A stretch of 64,000 nt of DNA from Macrostomum lignano (Eukaryota). Each line of letters opens with the position of its first letter. Within the stretch, counting starts at the first letter, position 1. Below, in pieces: positions 12,451 to 25,058 of this stretch. The position numbers and the translations under genes were made by a program. The notes under the pieces were generated by a model. The model searched no databases, was not told the DNA's origin, and was given only the letters and a program-made list of their open reading frames with translations. Location: positions 73,512 to 137,511 of the forward strand of contig NIVC01002830.1 of the NCBI GenBank assembly GCA_002269645.1, read 5' to 3'.

Positions 12451-13689
12451 ACAGCTTCATATCTTCATTTATACCAAGAATGAATTTGCACATTATGCAC
12501 TGCATACTACTAGTTCAGTGTTAGTATGAAGTAAGTACAAGACTAGCGAGAATTACTCTTTAAATAATGGGAAGACTTCTACATATTCCGTAACCAGAAA
12601 GCAGACAGCAGACAATTCTCAAGGAAAAAGCTGGATGAGGCCTTTGCCATTGAGAAGTGCCCAACAAAGCCATGCAAAATCATTGGTGAGTAATTTCGCC
12701 CTGGAGGGAAGCCAGCAATTTTAAAGTCGTTTGAATTACTGAATGTCAGTTGCTAAAAATGGTCCTTCGTCCTGTCACATTCGGGCAAAGTGCTCCAACT
12801 TTATCACTCAGTCAGTCAATCACCATGACTGCCCTAGTCAAGAAGCTTATACATGAGCAGCCATGCTCAGAGTGTGCTCAAATTGTTAAACAATAGACTA
12901 CAGTAGTTCTCTCTTCCACATCATGTATAACTGGGGAACTCGCCCTTGTGGCAGACAATCTGCTTGGAGAATAAACAGGCACTCAATGGGATGTAGCGCA
13001 TGCCTATCACCCTCCCTTCCCCAATGGCTCCCGTCTTCTCTCCGCTGTGGCTCTTCTCCGTGATCTGCTTCATCCCAGCCTCCCCTCCCAGACCCGAAGC
13101 TGCAGCTGCAGCAGCAGAGGGGGTTAGGGAAAGCAAATTTAAGAGGGAGGGTTCTGTATGGGATGGGTTAGCAGCACATATCGCCAGATGACAATGGCAG
13201 ACTTAACTGGTTGCCATGGCAACCATCGACTGCTGCTACTTCAAGCCCGAGTGAAGATGCTGGAGGCTGAGCCGAAAGCCTGTAGAGTGCTGATGTAGAG
13301 GGGAGTCTGTGCTTCACAATGGTCGGTGTGGCTGCATGGCCTACCTCCCAGCCTCTTCCCCTCATCGCTGCCAGTACGTATCTTTGTTTCTACCTGAATC
13401 TGAATTTCCCGGCGCCTCAGCCTATTGACGCTGAGCTGACGCTGAATTTTTCTGTTATTGCATTTTCTATTTTTTCAAGTGTCAGCTTCGAATTTGAATG
13501 ATTAATTCAATGAATATTGCCAAATTTTATTTTAATTCAAGTCATATTTTTCACAGAGTTGCTTTGCTATACAGATGACAATACCTTTGAAAGCGTTTGT
13601 TAAACTGATTGTCAATATTTCGATCACCAACTCTTTATTTTACTCGGGAACTCGCTCATTTACTCATGACATTACTCATGCACTCTCAC

Positions 13690-13890
13690 AAATGAGCTCA
13701 TGTACTCACATATGAGCTCATGTACTCACATATGAGCTCATGTACTCACTTATGAGCTCATGTACTCACTTATGAGCTCATGTACTCACTTATGAGCTCA
13801 TGTACTCACTTATGAGCTAATGTACTCACTTATGAGCTCATGTACTCGCTTATGAGCTCAATTACTCACTTATGAGCTCATGTACTCACG
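13690..13890. repeat. 20-bp minisatellite (TATGAGCTCATGTACTCACT)
   Basis: About 9 units. Confidence 0.9.
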
Positions 13891-14232
13891 TGAACACACT
13901 AACTCATACAGTCATGAAGCCACTAAGTTCCTCTTCATCCAATTTCGATTTCTCTTAAAAGCAGAAATTTCGCGAAACACAATAGCGCTAAAAATTCATT
14001 TCCGGAGCAGAAGCAGTGCTCTCCATTGTCTCTGAGTCGATTCCTTATTGGCTGACAGCCTCTGGCACTCCCAACGCTCTTACCTCTGCATGGCATGATT
14101 CCTCATGGTAAAGCATGAAATCCTAAGGTCGTTGGAAACAATGCTCTGCACTGAGCACTGAACACTGAGCAGGCTTCAACTCTCGAAGATAACCTGTGGC
14201 TTCTGGATTCTGCTTTTAGTCTTGGCGTCAGC

Positions 14233-17200
14233 ATGGACCTCAGAGATGCACGAATTGTCATCAACGTCAGCGGCACTCGATTTGAGACCACCTACTCGGT
14301 GCTCGAGCGGTTCCCCGGTAGCCGGCTGGCTCTGCTGGCTACACTTCGCGAGGATGACGAAGCCTTCGATCGCGACCGGAGGGAGTACTACTTCGACAGG
14401 CACCCGGAGGTGTTCGCCGACATCCTGCACTTCTACCGGACTGAGGAGCTGCACATTCGTAGAAATCTGTGCGGCAACGTCATCAAGAAGGTTTGGTTGA
14501 GAAGCATTATTCTCTGAAGCATAGTCCTTTGTTATACTGGATATCAAAGTCACATTAAAGCTATAAAGTCACTCATTCAGTCACTTATTAAGTCACTCAT
14601 TCAGCCACTCATTGAGTCACCCATTCAGTCACTCATTCAGTCACTCATTCAGCCACTCACTGAACTCAGTCACTCATTCAGTCACTCATTCAGTCACTCA
14701 TTCAGTCACTCATTCAGTCACTCATTCAGTCACTCATTCAGCCACTCACTCTCACTCATACAGTCACTCATTCAGTCACTCATTCAGTCACTCATTCAGT
14801 CACTCATTCAGTCACCCATTCAGTCGCTCATTCAGCCACTCACTCATACAGTCACTCATTCAGCCACTCACTCATACAGTCACTCATTCAGTCAATCATC
14901 CAGTCACTCATTCAGGCACTCATTCAGTCACTCATTCAGTCACTCATTCAATCACTCATTCAGTCACTCATTCAGCCACTCACTCATACAGTCACTCATT
15001 CAGTCAATCATCCAGTCACTCATTCAGGCACTCATTCAGTCACTCATTCAGTCACTCATTCAATCACTCATTCAGTCACTCATTCAGTCATCCATTCAGT
15101 CAGCATTCACTTAAAGTTCACCCCGCCGTCATCCGATCAGTTTATCAAAAAAGTTTCCTTCGCATTTCCGCCTGGCAACAAACTAGAATACGGCGGTTCA
15201 GCAAACATACCAGCTACGTTTTAAGTCTGAAAATTTTCAATTCAAACAAAAGCCGTCGTAGCGAACGTTTCCTCAGAAGCTTAAAAGCATTTCTTACCTG
15301 CTCACGGCCACCAGCCGGAAGTGTTAAATGCATTCTAAAAGTACATTTATCGGCCTCCTACCAGCTGGGAGCTGACACACCTGTAAATAGCTGCCTCCTC
15401 TGCAGTCTTAGGCAAGCTCACCTTTTCTCAGCCTCGTATTTCTATTGCAACAACTGCAGCAAACTCAGAGCCTGATGCAGCATTTAGTCCTTCATCAAAT
15501 TCCAGGCAATGTTTGTTCAGTACATTTAGTCCCAGACTTAGAGGCAAATTTTATCGGGCAAAACACCTGCTTCAGTCTCAGCCAAGGGGGTGTACATTAT
15601 TGTCAATAATTCTAAGCCGAATGAATTGCTGACGGAAAATGCTGAGAATAATGGAAGCAAAATTGCATTTTTCCATTTTTCCGTTGTTGTTTTGCTGCTG
15701 CTGCTGCTAAAAGCAGACGGGCAATCATTCCGTTACATCCCGTTGCTCTGGAAGAGATTGACGCGCCCTTAAGAGTCACAGATTCAAAAACACAGACTGT
15801 TTTGCTTACCCCAGCAAGCAAGTAGGCAATGCGAGGTGAGGTGAGGCCTGAGGTTGAGGTGGTTGAGCAGCACAGGCCCCAAAACTCAGCTTGCATTCTG
15901 TGTTTGCTTTGGCGTGCCGTCTCTTTCATGCGATGTCAAACAGAGCAGCGGTGATCAGATTTTTGAAGGTCTAAAAGTGAAGAGCAATCGATGTTTGTAC
16001 GGGAATTAATAATTTATGAAGCCGTCCGGTTTGAAATGGACAGAGTCGTTATTTGGACAACTTGCTTTTCACTTAAGAGTCTGGGAGAACGAATGACTTT
16101 CTAAATATAAGGTGTGGATACCTAATAGATACTCATATTTAGGTGTGGATACCTAATAGATACTCATATTTAGGTGTGGTTACCTAATAGATACTCATAT
16201 TTAGCTGTGGTTACCTAATAGATACTCATATTTAGGTGTGGTTACCTAATAGATACTCATATTTAGCTGTGTGGATTCCTAATAGATACTCATATTTATG
16301 TGTGGTTACCTAATAGATACTCATATTTATGTGTGGTTACCTAATATATACTCATATTTATGTGTGGTTACCTAAAATATACTCATATTTATGTGTGGTT
16401 ACCTAATAGATAGATACTCATATTTAAGTGTGGTTACCTAATATATACTCAATATTTATACGTTGATTCCTAATAGATAATCATTCAGGTGTGGATACCT
16501 AATAAATAAACTTATGTTTTGGATGCCTAATAGATACTTAAACTTAGGCTTTAGATACACAATCACTTCTTAAATTTCGGCTCAAACACCCATTAAACTT
16601 GTCCAGGAGTTCGAATTCTGGGGCATGTTCGAGCAGGACATTGAGCCCTGCTGCTGGACGAGTTACAGCCAGGCAGCCGAGTGCAAGGACACTCTGGCGG
16701 CCATAGACAGCACCTTTCTGACTGGCAACTGTGCCGTCATGGCCGACGTGTGGAAAAGCGAGACCAACCAATGGATCCGGTTCCGTAGGCGGATGTGGTC
16801 GATCCTGGAGGACCCGGCGGCGTCTCTCATAGCTAGGGTGAGCACTTTTTTGGACTCACTGGCCTCTTATTAGCAACGCCGGGAATCTGATCGTCGCAAA
16901 ACTTTCAGATCTACGTGTTCGTGTCCATGTTCGTGGTGGTCACCAGCATTGTGTGCTTCGTGTCGGAGACTTACGAAGCTTTCCGAGTGCCTCTGCCGGG
17001 CGCCAACCTGACTATCGGGCCAACCTGCACCACAGCCTGCGGTGTGTACGTGGACCCGCAGCTCGTGTCAGGCGCCAAGTACTACTCAGATGACGACACG
17101 GAGCCGCATCCGGTCCTGCGCTACCTGGACTACTCAATGTTCGTGTTCTTCACTCTCGAACTGCTCATGCGTCTGTTCTTTGCGCCGGACTACAGGGCCT

Positions 17201-20200
17201 ACTTCACCGACTTCCTCAACTGGATCGACATCGTCTGCGTTGTCACCCACGCGGTGTCGCTGTCCTTGAGCTCCATCGAGACGTTGCCGAATTACACGCC
17301 AACACTGGTGAAGACTGTGCTGACTCTGCGCGTGCTGCGAGGCCTTCGAATTGTCCGCGTGCTGCGCATCTTCAAGCTGGTGAAGCACTACAACGCTTTT
17401 CGGATTCTGGTGTACACCATCAAGATTTCTCTGCGCGAGCTCATGCTCATGATTGTGTTCCTGTTCGTTGGAGCAGTCATTTTTGGCTCCATCATTCACC
17501 TGGTAGAGAAGGACAGTTTTAGAAATATTCCTTACGGACTGTGGTGGGCTCTGGTTACCATGACGACGGTGAGTGGGCAGGGAAATGGTTTAAGCAAGCA
17601 CTATTATAGTTCTGTTATTGTGAATGCAAGCAATTACACGGGTCTCTTGGAAATGCTCTTAAGCCATCGATACACAGTATGCAGCATGCACTCTTCTCGC
17701 GTATACAGCAACTCTGCTCTAAAAAAATGGCTCAATAGAACTGCACTACACAGTCTTCATGGCTTTCGGGCTGCTGGCTTCCAAAAAAGACATCTCAGAA
17801 GCAAATGGCAGCTAAGCATCTAAAAGCATTCACCTCATACGAGTACTTTATCGACGCAATTCGATTGATGACGGACTTCGTTTTAAAGTTCCTAAATGCA
17901 GCAATTTCATTGAGATCGCTGGACAGTTCATGCAGTGCCAGACCCTCCAGACCCTTGACAGTTTCCTAGGAATTTACTTTGTATACAATATCAAAAATAC
18001 GTTTCTAATAGGAGCAATTCATATTTAGTTACTTCACTCGCAGGTGTTACTCATACTGCCGTAATGTGCCCGCAATCATAAAGCTGAATCTCCAGGAACG
18101 CCATCACTACACCATCCAAAGAGCTTCGAACTCAAACTCAAACTCAAACTCAAAATCAAACTCAAACTCAAACTCAAACTCAAACTCAAAATCAAACTCA
18201 AACTCAAACTCAAAATCAAACTCAAACTCAAACTCAAACTCAAACTCAAACTCAAACTCAAACTCAAACTCAAACTCAAACTCAAACGCAAGCTCAAACT
18301 CAAACTCAAACTCAATCTCAATCTCAATCTCAAACTCAATCTCAAACTCAATCTCAAACTCAATCTCAAACTCAAACTCAAACTCAATCTCAAACTGAAT
18401 CTCAAACTGAATCTCAAAGTCAAAGTCAAACTCAATCTCAAACTCAAACTCAAACTCAAACTCAAACTCAAACTCAAACTCAAACTCAAGCTCAAAGTCA
18501 AACTCAAGCTCAAACTCAATCTCAAACTCAATCTCAAACTCAAGCTCAGCCTCAACCCCATCTGGCCAGGTTGGCTACGGCGACTTCGCTCCGCGCCAGG
18601 CCGCGGGCTACGCCATCGGCTGCGTCTGCGTGATCTTCGGCGTCCTGACCATCGCCTTCACCGTGCCAATCGTGGTGAACAACTTCGCCATGTACTATTC
18701 CCACGCGCAGTCGAGGAACAAGAAGCCCAGAGAGTACTGGCGCATCAAGCGGGTACCGAATAAAGTGGAAGCCGCATCCGGTGAGCAAAAGTCGCCAATT
18801 GATGCAACGCTGATCACAGCCAGGTCGACAGCGGAGGCGACAATCACTGTGCTGGACTATGAGCTGGACAAGGAAGCTGTTGAGGCCGCTAAGCGGGCAC
18901 CACCGACAGAGGCCCAGCTGTATGGGCTGGATTTGGCCGACGCTGTTGGCGGCGGCGACGGCATCGGGTGGAACAACTTCAACGATGACGGTGTCGGCTC
19001 GACTGACTTCAACAATGCAGACACGCCGACCAGCGGCAAGCAGCCACCGGGTCCCGAGGCAGCGGCCGCGGCGCCGGCGGGCACCAGGAGGAGCGACAGT
19101 GAGATGATGAGCGCCGCCGAGGCCAAGAAAATCAAAGCGATTGAGAAGAGCGAGGTCAGTGCCTGCGATTTTGAATGTCCTTAGCCTTCATTTCGCTTAC
19201 ATATTACGATACAAAATTTAAGCGCAGTATCGGGAGCACAGTTGCTCCCATGAGGGCTGACTTTCAAGGCAAAGAAAGTGTACATTTTTAACGATTAGAA
19301 AGTCAGGGCCGCTGTGTACACCCAGGGTGAGCGTGTGTACGAGTGCTTGCATGTGTAAAGTATTGGAGCACTTGTATGTCTAAAAAGTGGAAGCGTGTAA
19401 AGGTCATTAATCTGTCACTACGGTATTCTCTCTCTGCACAAGTCTGCAGCCGCCCCAAGCTATCCCATCAACCCCCAGTACTCGTAAAACCGATGCAGCT
19501 CGTGGTAAAAAGAGAGAAAAAACAGAAAATCAAAAACGGAGCTAGAGGAAAAAATCACAACAATACGCTCGTAGAACAATGAATTCGCTATACTTTTTCT
19601 AGTTCAATTCATGCTGCCACAAGCCAACGAAGTTGAGTACACGCAGGCCTGCATCAAATGCATTTCTGTTCAATTTCCTTTATTAATATTTTTACAGATA
19701 GCTCGTACCATGAAAGAGGCGCAGCTTGATGATTCAACAAACTCACGGAAATCAAGTGATTGGGAGAATTTTTCAATTGGAGTTTGAAAATATATTAATC
19801 GCAATGCATGCGTGCGCACCCCCCAAAATCAATGGGCCTTGAGGTCACAGGCAAAGACTATGTAACATTTTAGTTTTGCCCTGACTGCATGAGAAGTTCA
19901 GGGCTGTTGTACACCCTATATGAGCGCGTGCTTGATTGATAATAACGCAGAGCTGCAGTTTCTTTACACTATTTCGTGTAAGTACATGACGATCATGCAA
20001 CCTGAACCAACAAAACCAACTTCAGAATGAAGAACGCAGTCGCCAGATGCTGGCCCAGGCGCAGGAGTCGGCGGAGCAGTTGGACAAGGCTCGGGAAGCT
20101 CAGGCTGAGGCCATTGAGCGACGCAAGGCTGCACTGCGGCAAAGGCAGAGAGCCAACCTGGCCCGACTCAATAACGCTAGGAGGCCACCCTTGGATGATG

Positions 20201-20223
20201 ACGAAGAAGACGCTGGCAACTAG
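14233..20223 (+). CDS. Shaw/KCNC: Voltage-gated K+ channel alpha subunit, Shaw/Kv3 (KCNC)-like
   Basis: Exons 14233-14490, 16607-16837, 16909-17568 and 18570-19184, all phase 0; a donor at 19154/5 could join to 20026-20223. T1 domain INVSGTRFET...YYFDRHPEVF and Shaw-type EFEFWG...IEPCCW. S4 is RVLRGLRIVRVLRIFKLVKH. The pore WWALVTMTT|VGYGD is split by an intron. S6 is GVLTIAFTVPIVVNNF. Confidence 0.93.
14568..15105. repeat. 12-bp repeat (CAGTCACTCATT)
   Basis: Directly visible, in Kv intron 1. Confidence 0.93.
16110..16540. repeat. 31-bp minisatellite (AGGTGTGGWTACCTAATAGATACTCATATTT)
   Basis: About 13 units, in Kv intron 1. Confidence 0.92.
18128..18550. repeat. (CTCAAA)n hexamer microsatellite
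   Basis: Directly visible; ends about 20 nt before the acceptor at 18569. Confidence 0.95.
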
Positions 20224-20294
20224 CGAATCTGTTATAGGCCTGCTTAGCTGTTCAGTGAGGTGAGTTTGGAGCTGTAGTGGTAACATTTCTGAGG

Positions 20295-20545
20295 CTACAG
20301 ATGCAGGGAGACTGAGGCTGCAGATGCAGGGAGACTGAGGATGTAGATGCAGGGAGACTGAAGATGTAGATGCAGGGAGACTGAGGATGTAGATGCAGGG
20401 AGACTGAGGCTGTAGATGCAGGGAGACTGAGGATGTAGATGCAGGGAGACTGAGGATGTAGATGCAGGGAGACTGAGGATGTAGATGCAGGGAGACTGAG
20501 GATGTAGCTGGAGGGAGACTGAGGCGGTACATGTAGATGCAGGGT
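20295..20545. repeat. 23-bp minisatellite (GATGTAGATGCAGGGAGACTGAG)
   Basis: About 10 units. Confidence 0.9.
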
Positions 20546-22380
20546 TGTTTAACATTGTAATTGTAAGTACAAATACAGAAATAACATCTTTTTACCGGCC
20601 TTTTCTCCCTTCTTCTCAATCCCTCTCCCTTCTTCTCAAGCTCTCTTCCTTCTTCTCAATATCTCTCCCTTCTTCTCAATCCCTCTCCCTTCTTCTCAAT
20701 CTCTCTTCCTTCTCAATCTTTCTCAATCTCTCTTCCTTCTCAATCTTTCTCAATCTCTCTCCTTTCTTCTCAATCTCTCTCCCTTCTTCTTAATCTCTTT
20801 CCCTTCTTCTCATTCTCTCTCTTCGTTTACATCTCACCCTGCTTCTCAGCCCCTCTGCTCTTTTTCAGCCCCTCGCTCCCTTCTTCTTAACCTCTTTAAA
20901 CACTAAACTAACATTTCTTAATAACAAATCAAATTTCAGCATAGAGCTGTCTATTACGACCTTCAGAAGAACCATGCAAAACTGCACGAATCTGATATTA
21001 AAGTTTAGTCCACGAAGTTTAAAGTCCAGTGGCCTTACGTTCTTGAACGATTTTAAACTGTCTTTGTTACAATTCATTGATGTTAATTTTTAAACCACAA
21101 ACCCGTTGCTGTACAATAATTATCTGGCTTAAATAAACAAAACACAATTTTGAGAAAATTGCTTAAGCAAAAGTTTTTGATGGCAAATTTAAAAAAATGT
21201 TTATTATTAGAACGAAAACTATTAATTCTGCAATACACTTGTTGGAATCAGCAATAATTATAGTTATAATATAATTTCATAACTATTGTGAGTGAACAAA
21301 TATATTAATTCGGGCTTAGTATTTTAAATTTGACAATTGGATAACTTTCATGAAATTGAGGCCAAAACAGAACAGACCCAGTATTAATAATTCTGTTCAA
21401 TTTTGTTACAATTGCCATATTCTCTACTGATAGTAGGCTGTCAGTGAGCACAACTTTAACAAAACCCGAGATTGAACAAGCGATGAGAGGAAATCATGCC
21501 TTTCTCTACACATATTATGCTTAATAAACAATCTTTAGATCCTAAAAAAATATAACTATATTAGTGTACCTCACTGAATCGAAGAATACTGACAAAAAAT
21601 TTACATCGAACAATCTGTAATAGAATTAATTTGCAGACAAAATAGATTCGAGTCAAATCATCATGACTAAGTATATAAGAATCGATTAGGCGCATTGTAT
21701 GTCTGTCGGATATTACTATATGATGATCAATGGCAAGATTCTTCTGATAATTAGTTACTGAACGTACTTTTGTTATATTTTGTTATTTCGATTTTTTGTT
21801 TATTTATTTTGGAGAGGACACTTGCTTTGACTTTTCCTGTTATCCGCTGCTTCGGTGTTTTATAATGGCATTGATATTGGAGTTTGTACTTTTAGGGACA
21901 TTAGAATAAGTAGACAAGCGTCTGCCATGTACATTCTCTGGTGGGGAGAGGGGTAGAGGGTTATAGAGGGCTGACGTATGCACGCGTGGTCAGCGAGCGT
22001 GGGGGGTGGGGGTGGGGGTTGGGACATGGCTGGCCTGGAGGAGGAGGGTCAGAATGAGAGATTTTAATGTACATTTGTGCCCCTCCCCCGCTATCCGGAC
22101 CCCAATTAGCTGGTTAGTACTTGCACGAACCAAAACGGTTTGACTGTCATAACAAACAGATAATATTGTACACACGAATGTACATTGCTTTGACACAACA
22201 CAAACCTGCCTGCTCAAGTTACACAATGAACAAAACAGCCTTGATTTTCAATTTCCATTTGAAACCATCTGACTTTCAGTTCGTTTTAATTCGAAATTCG
22301 AGAGCAAGCTTTTTCTGATCCCCGGATTGATCAAATTTTTGGATTTGGAATCATGAAATTACAAATTTTTCTAATTTAGT

Positions 22381-25058
22381 TCAGACCAGAGTGTACATAT
22401 CGATCGAGCTTTCCGCATCCGGGTTCACCACAGTCTGGTACAGTTGACTCGCTGACGCCACTTTTGTTGCCGTAGCCGGCGGCGGAGGAGGAGGAGGAGG
22501 CACAGGCGTTGCCATGGTGACAGTTGAGTCTCTAGCCACAGTGACCTCGGGCAGGTAATTATCGTAGAAGCAGATGGTGTCGAACCTGCCAGCCAGATCA
22601 CCAGCTAAATTTGCAGTCTCGTGCTCGCTGCTGTGACAGCTGCTGTAGCACGGCAGCCGGTCGATATTGTCAGCAACTCCGATAATTTCATTGTTGACGC
22701 TAAACGTCACCCGTTTGATGGTGCCCGATGCTGTTAGGGAGTGCTGCGGTGGCGGCTGCGACAGCTGCTGCGGCGGCGGAGGCGGAGGCAGCGACGCTGG
22801 CAGCGGCGAAGGCTGCGCTACAGCCGAGTCAAACGACGGTCGTCGCTTCCAAACTTCGAAGGAACCGTGAGGACAGGTGCACTGCAACTGGGAGCGCTGC
22901 AGCTGCTGCTGCTGCTGGAGCTTTCGAGAGTCTTGAACAACTGCCGGAGCTGCGGCTGCACCCTGCGAGGAGAATATTTGGATCTAAGCTATAAAATTAA
23001 CAAGAGTATCGTGAATGAGATCCCTTCAGTACCGTGAATATAAGAGTACTTTAGTGTCGTGAGTGAGATCCCTTCAGTGTTGTGAATGAGATCCCTTAAG
23101 TGTCGTGAATTAGAGTCCTTCAGTGCCGTGAATAAGATACCCTCAGTGTCGTGAATGAGATCCCTTCAGTACCGTGAATGATCGATCCTTTTAGTGTCGT
23201 GAATATAAGAGTACTTTAGTGTCGTAAGTGAGATCCCTTCAGTGTCGTGAATGAGAGTACTTCAGTGTCGTGAATGAGAGTACTTCAGTGTCGTGAATGA
23301 GAGTACTTCAGTGTCGTGAATGAGAGTACTTCAGTGTTTGAATTAGAGTACTTCAGTGTCGTGAATGAGAGTACTTCAGTGTCGTGAATGAGAGTACTTC
23401 AGTGTCGTGAATGAGAGTACTTCAGTGTCTTGAATGAGATCCTTCAGTGTCTTGAATGAGATCCCTTCAGTTCCGTGAATGAGAGTACTTCAGTGTCTTG
23501 AATGAGATCCTTCAGTGTCTTGAATGAGATCCCTTCAGTTCCGTGAATGAGAGTACTTTAACATCGTGAACGAGATCTCTTCAGTGCCGTGAATAAGATA
23601 CCTTCAGTGTGCAGTGCTACCCCCGCCATCGAGTCTCTCAGTATACAATATTTTAGCATTGTATTACCTGGGAATTGGCACGGATGTGACCGTCATCAGA
23701 ACAGCAATTCAGCTGCTGCTGCTGCTGCACCCGCAGCTGGGCCGACGGTGACATGACCATCAACGAGTCGGGACGTTTCTGCGACGATGCCGGGAAGAAC
23801 AGTCGCGGTGGAGGCGGCGGCGGTTGAGCCGGTCTCGACGTTTGCGTCTGCGGGGGCGGCGGCGGAGGCGGGGACGGCGTCAGTTGGTCTCCACCTGCGC
23901 AGGGCGTCGCCCCGTCGTCCTGGTCGCCCTCATCGCCGCTGCCGCTATGGTGGTAGTGCAACAGCGCTGTTGTGGTCACCAGTCGACAAGCCGGCGGTGT
24001 CGCAGCGGCAGCGGCAGCAGCAGCCGCCGCGGCAGCCGCGGCAGACGCAGCAGACGAATTGGAGGAACTAGCTTCGTAGTTGCCGGAGTCGGAGCTGCCG
24101 CACGCGGATGAATCGTCCCGCGTCGCGTTGGCCGAGAGCGCAGCGTCGAGATCCCAAGGGAAGCATCGGCGGTATCGATCAAAGCTGGGCACCCGCCGGT
24201 GGCATGTCGGGTCGATTTTTGCGACGAACAGGAACGGCAGATAGCCGCAGTTCTGCCGGCGGTTTGCTGCAAACACCCAGCGCCGGTCTACGTGGTAGAG
24301 AATGCGCAGGTGCTCGCCAGCCCGAGCAGCCAGCTCGCGCGGTCCGCCCCCTGGGAAGTCGTAGAGAACTCGAGCTCGAATACCACGCGGTGGCGGTGGC
24401 AGCAGGCGAGCTCCGCTCTCCTCCCAGTGCCGCCGCCTCTGACGCCGGCGCTGCTGCCGCCCGGTGAGCCGAAAGACGCAGACGAAGATGACGACGTCGA
24501 GGATGTTGACGAGTCGTCATCGGTGCTGCTCGAAGCGGAGAACCGGCGCTGCCTCCTCGGGCAGCGGTCACCCGTGCCCTCATCGGCGCTAGTTGAGCTG
24601 CCGTCGCTGTCGTCGCAAATGAGTCGGCTGGCCGTTCCAGGGCCAGGTGGAAGCCGCTTCGAGTTGGCATCGGCGGTGGTGGCAGTGGTGATGGCAGCAC
24701 CGGAGCTTCCGGCCGTGGGCGTTGCGAGCTCCATCAGCTCGAGATCCTCGCTGGAGGCCAGGCTGCCCGTGGCCGACGCCGAAACTGAAAAGTTCAGCAG
24801 AGACGGCGGGTCGCTTGACTGTTGAAGCTTCGGCTGTTGCTGCTGCTGCGGCTGCTGCCGCCGCCTGCCTGAGCAGTCGAAGATCGGAGAATGCTGAGCA
24901 TTGTTCATCGTAGCCGAGCGCGCGTTCTCTTTTTGCTTCTTTTTCTTCTTCCGTTTTCTAGCTTCGTTATTAGAGGGGCTGTCCTGGTTGTTCAGTATCA
25001 GCGGCTGCCGCTGCTGCAGCTGCTGCTGTTGCCAGGGCAGTCTGAAATTCAACATCAT
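22381..25058 (-). CDS. SH3-domain protein with long low-complexity regions (one -1 frameshift in this assembly)
   Basis: The frame upstream of ORF 23653-24276 reads ARVLYDFPGGGPRELAARAGEHLRILYHVDRRWVFAANRRQNCGYLPFLFV, a complete SH3 pattern (about 24215-24378). It joins ORF 24288-25058 by one added base near 24424. A donor at 23667 splices in phase 0 to the last exon 22381-22962. The 5' end is uncertain. Confidence 0.75.
23015..23610. repeat. 23-bp minisatellite (CAGTGTCGTGAATGAGAGTACTT)
   Basis: Fills most of intron 22963-23667. Confidence 0.92.
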
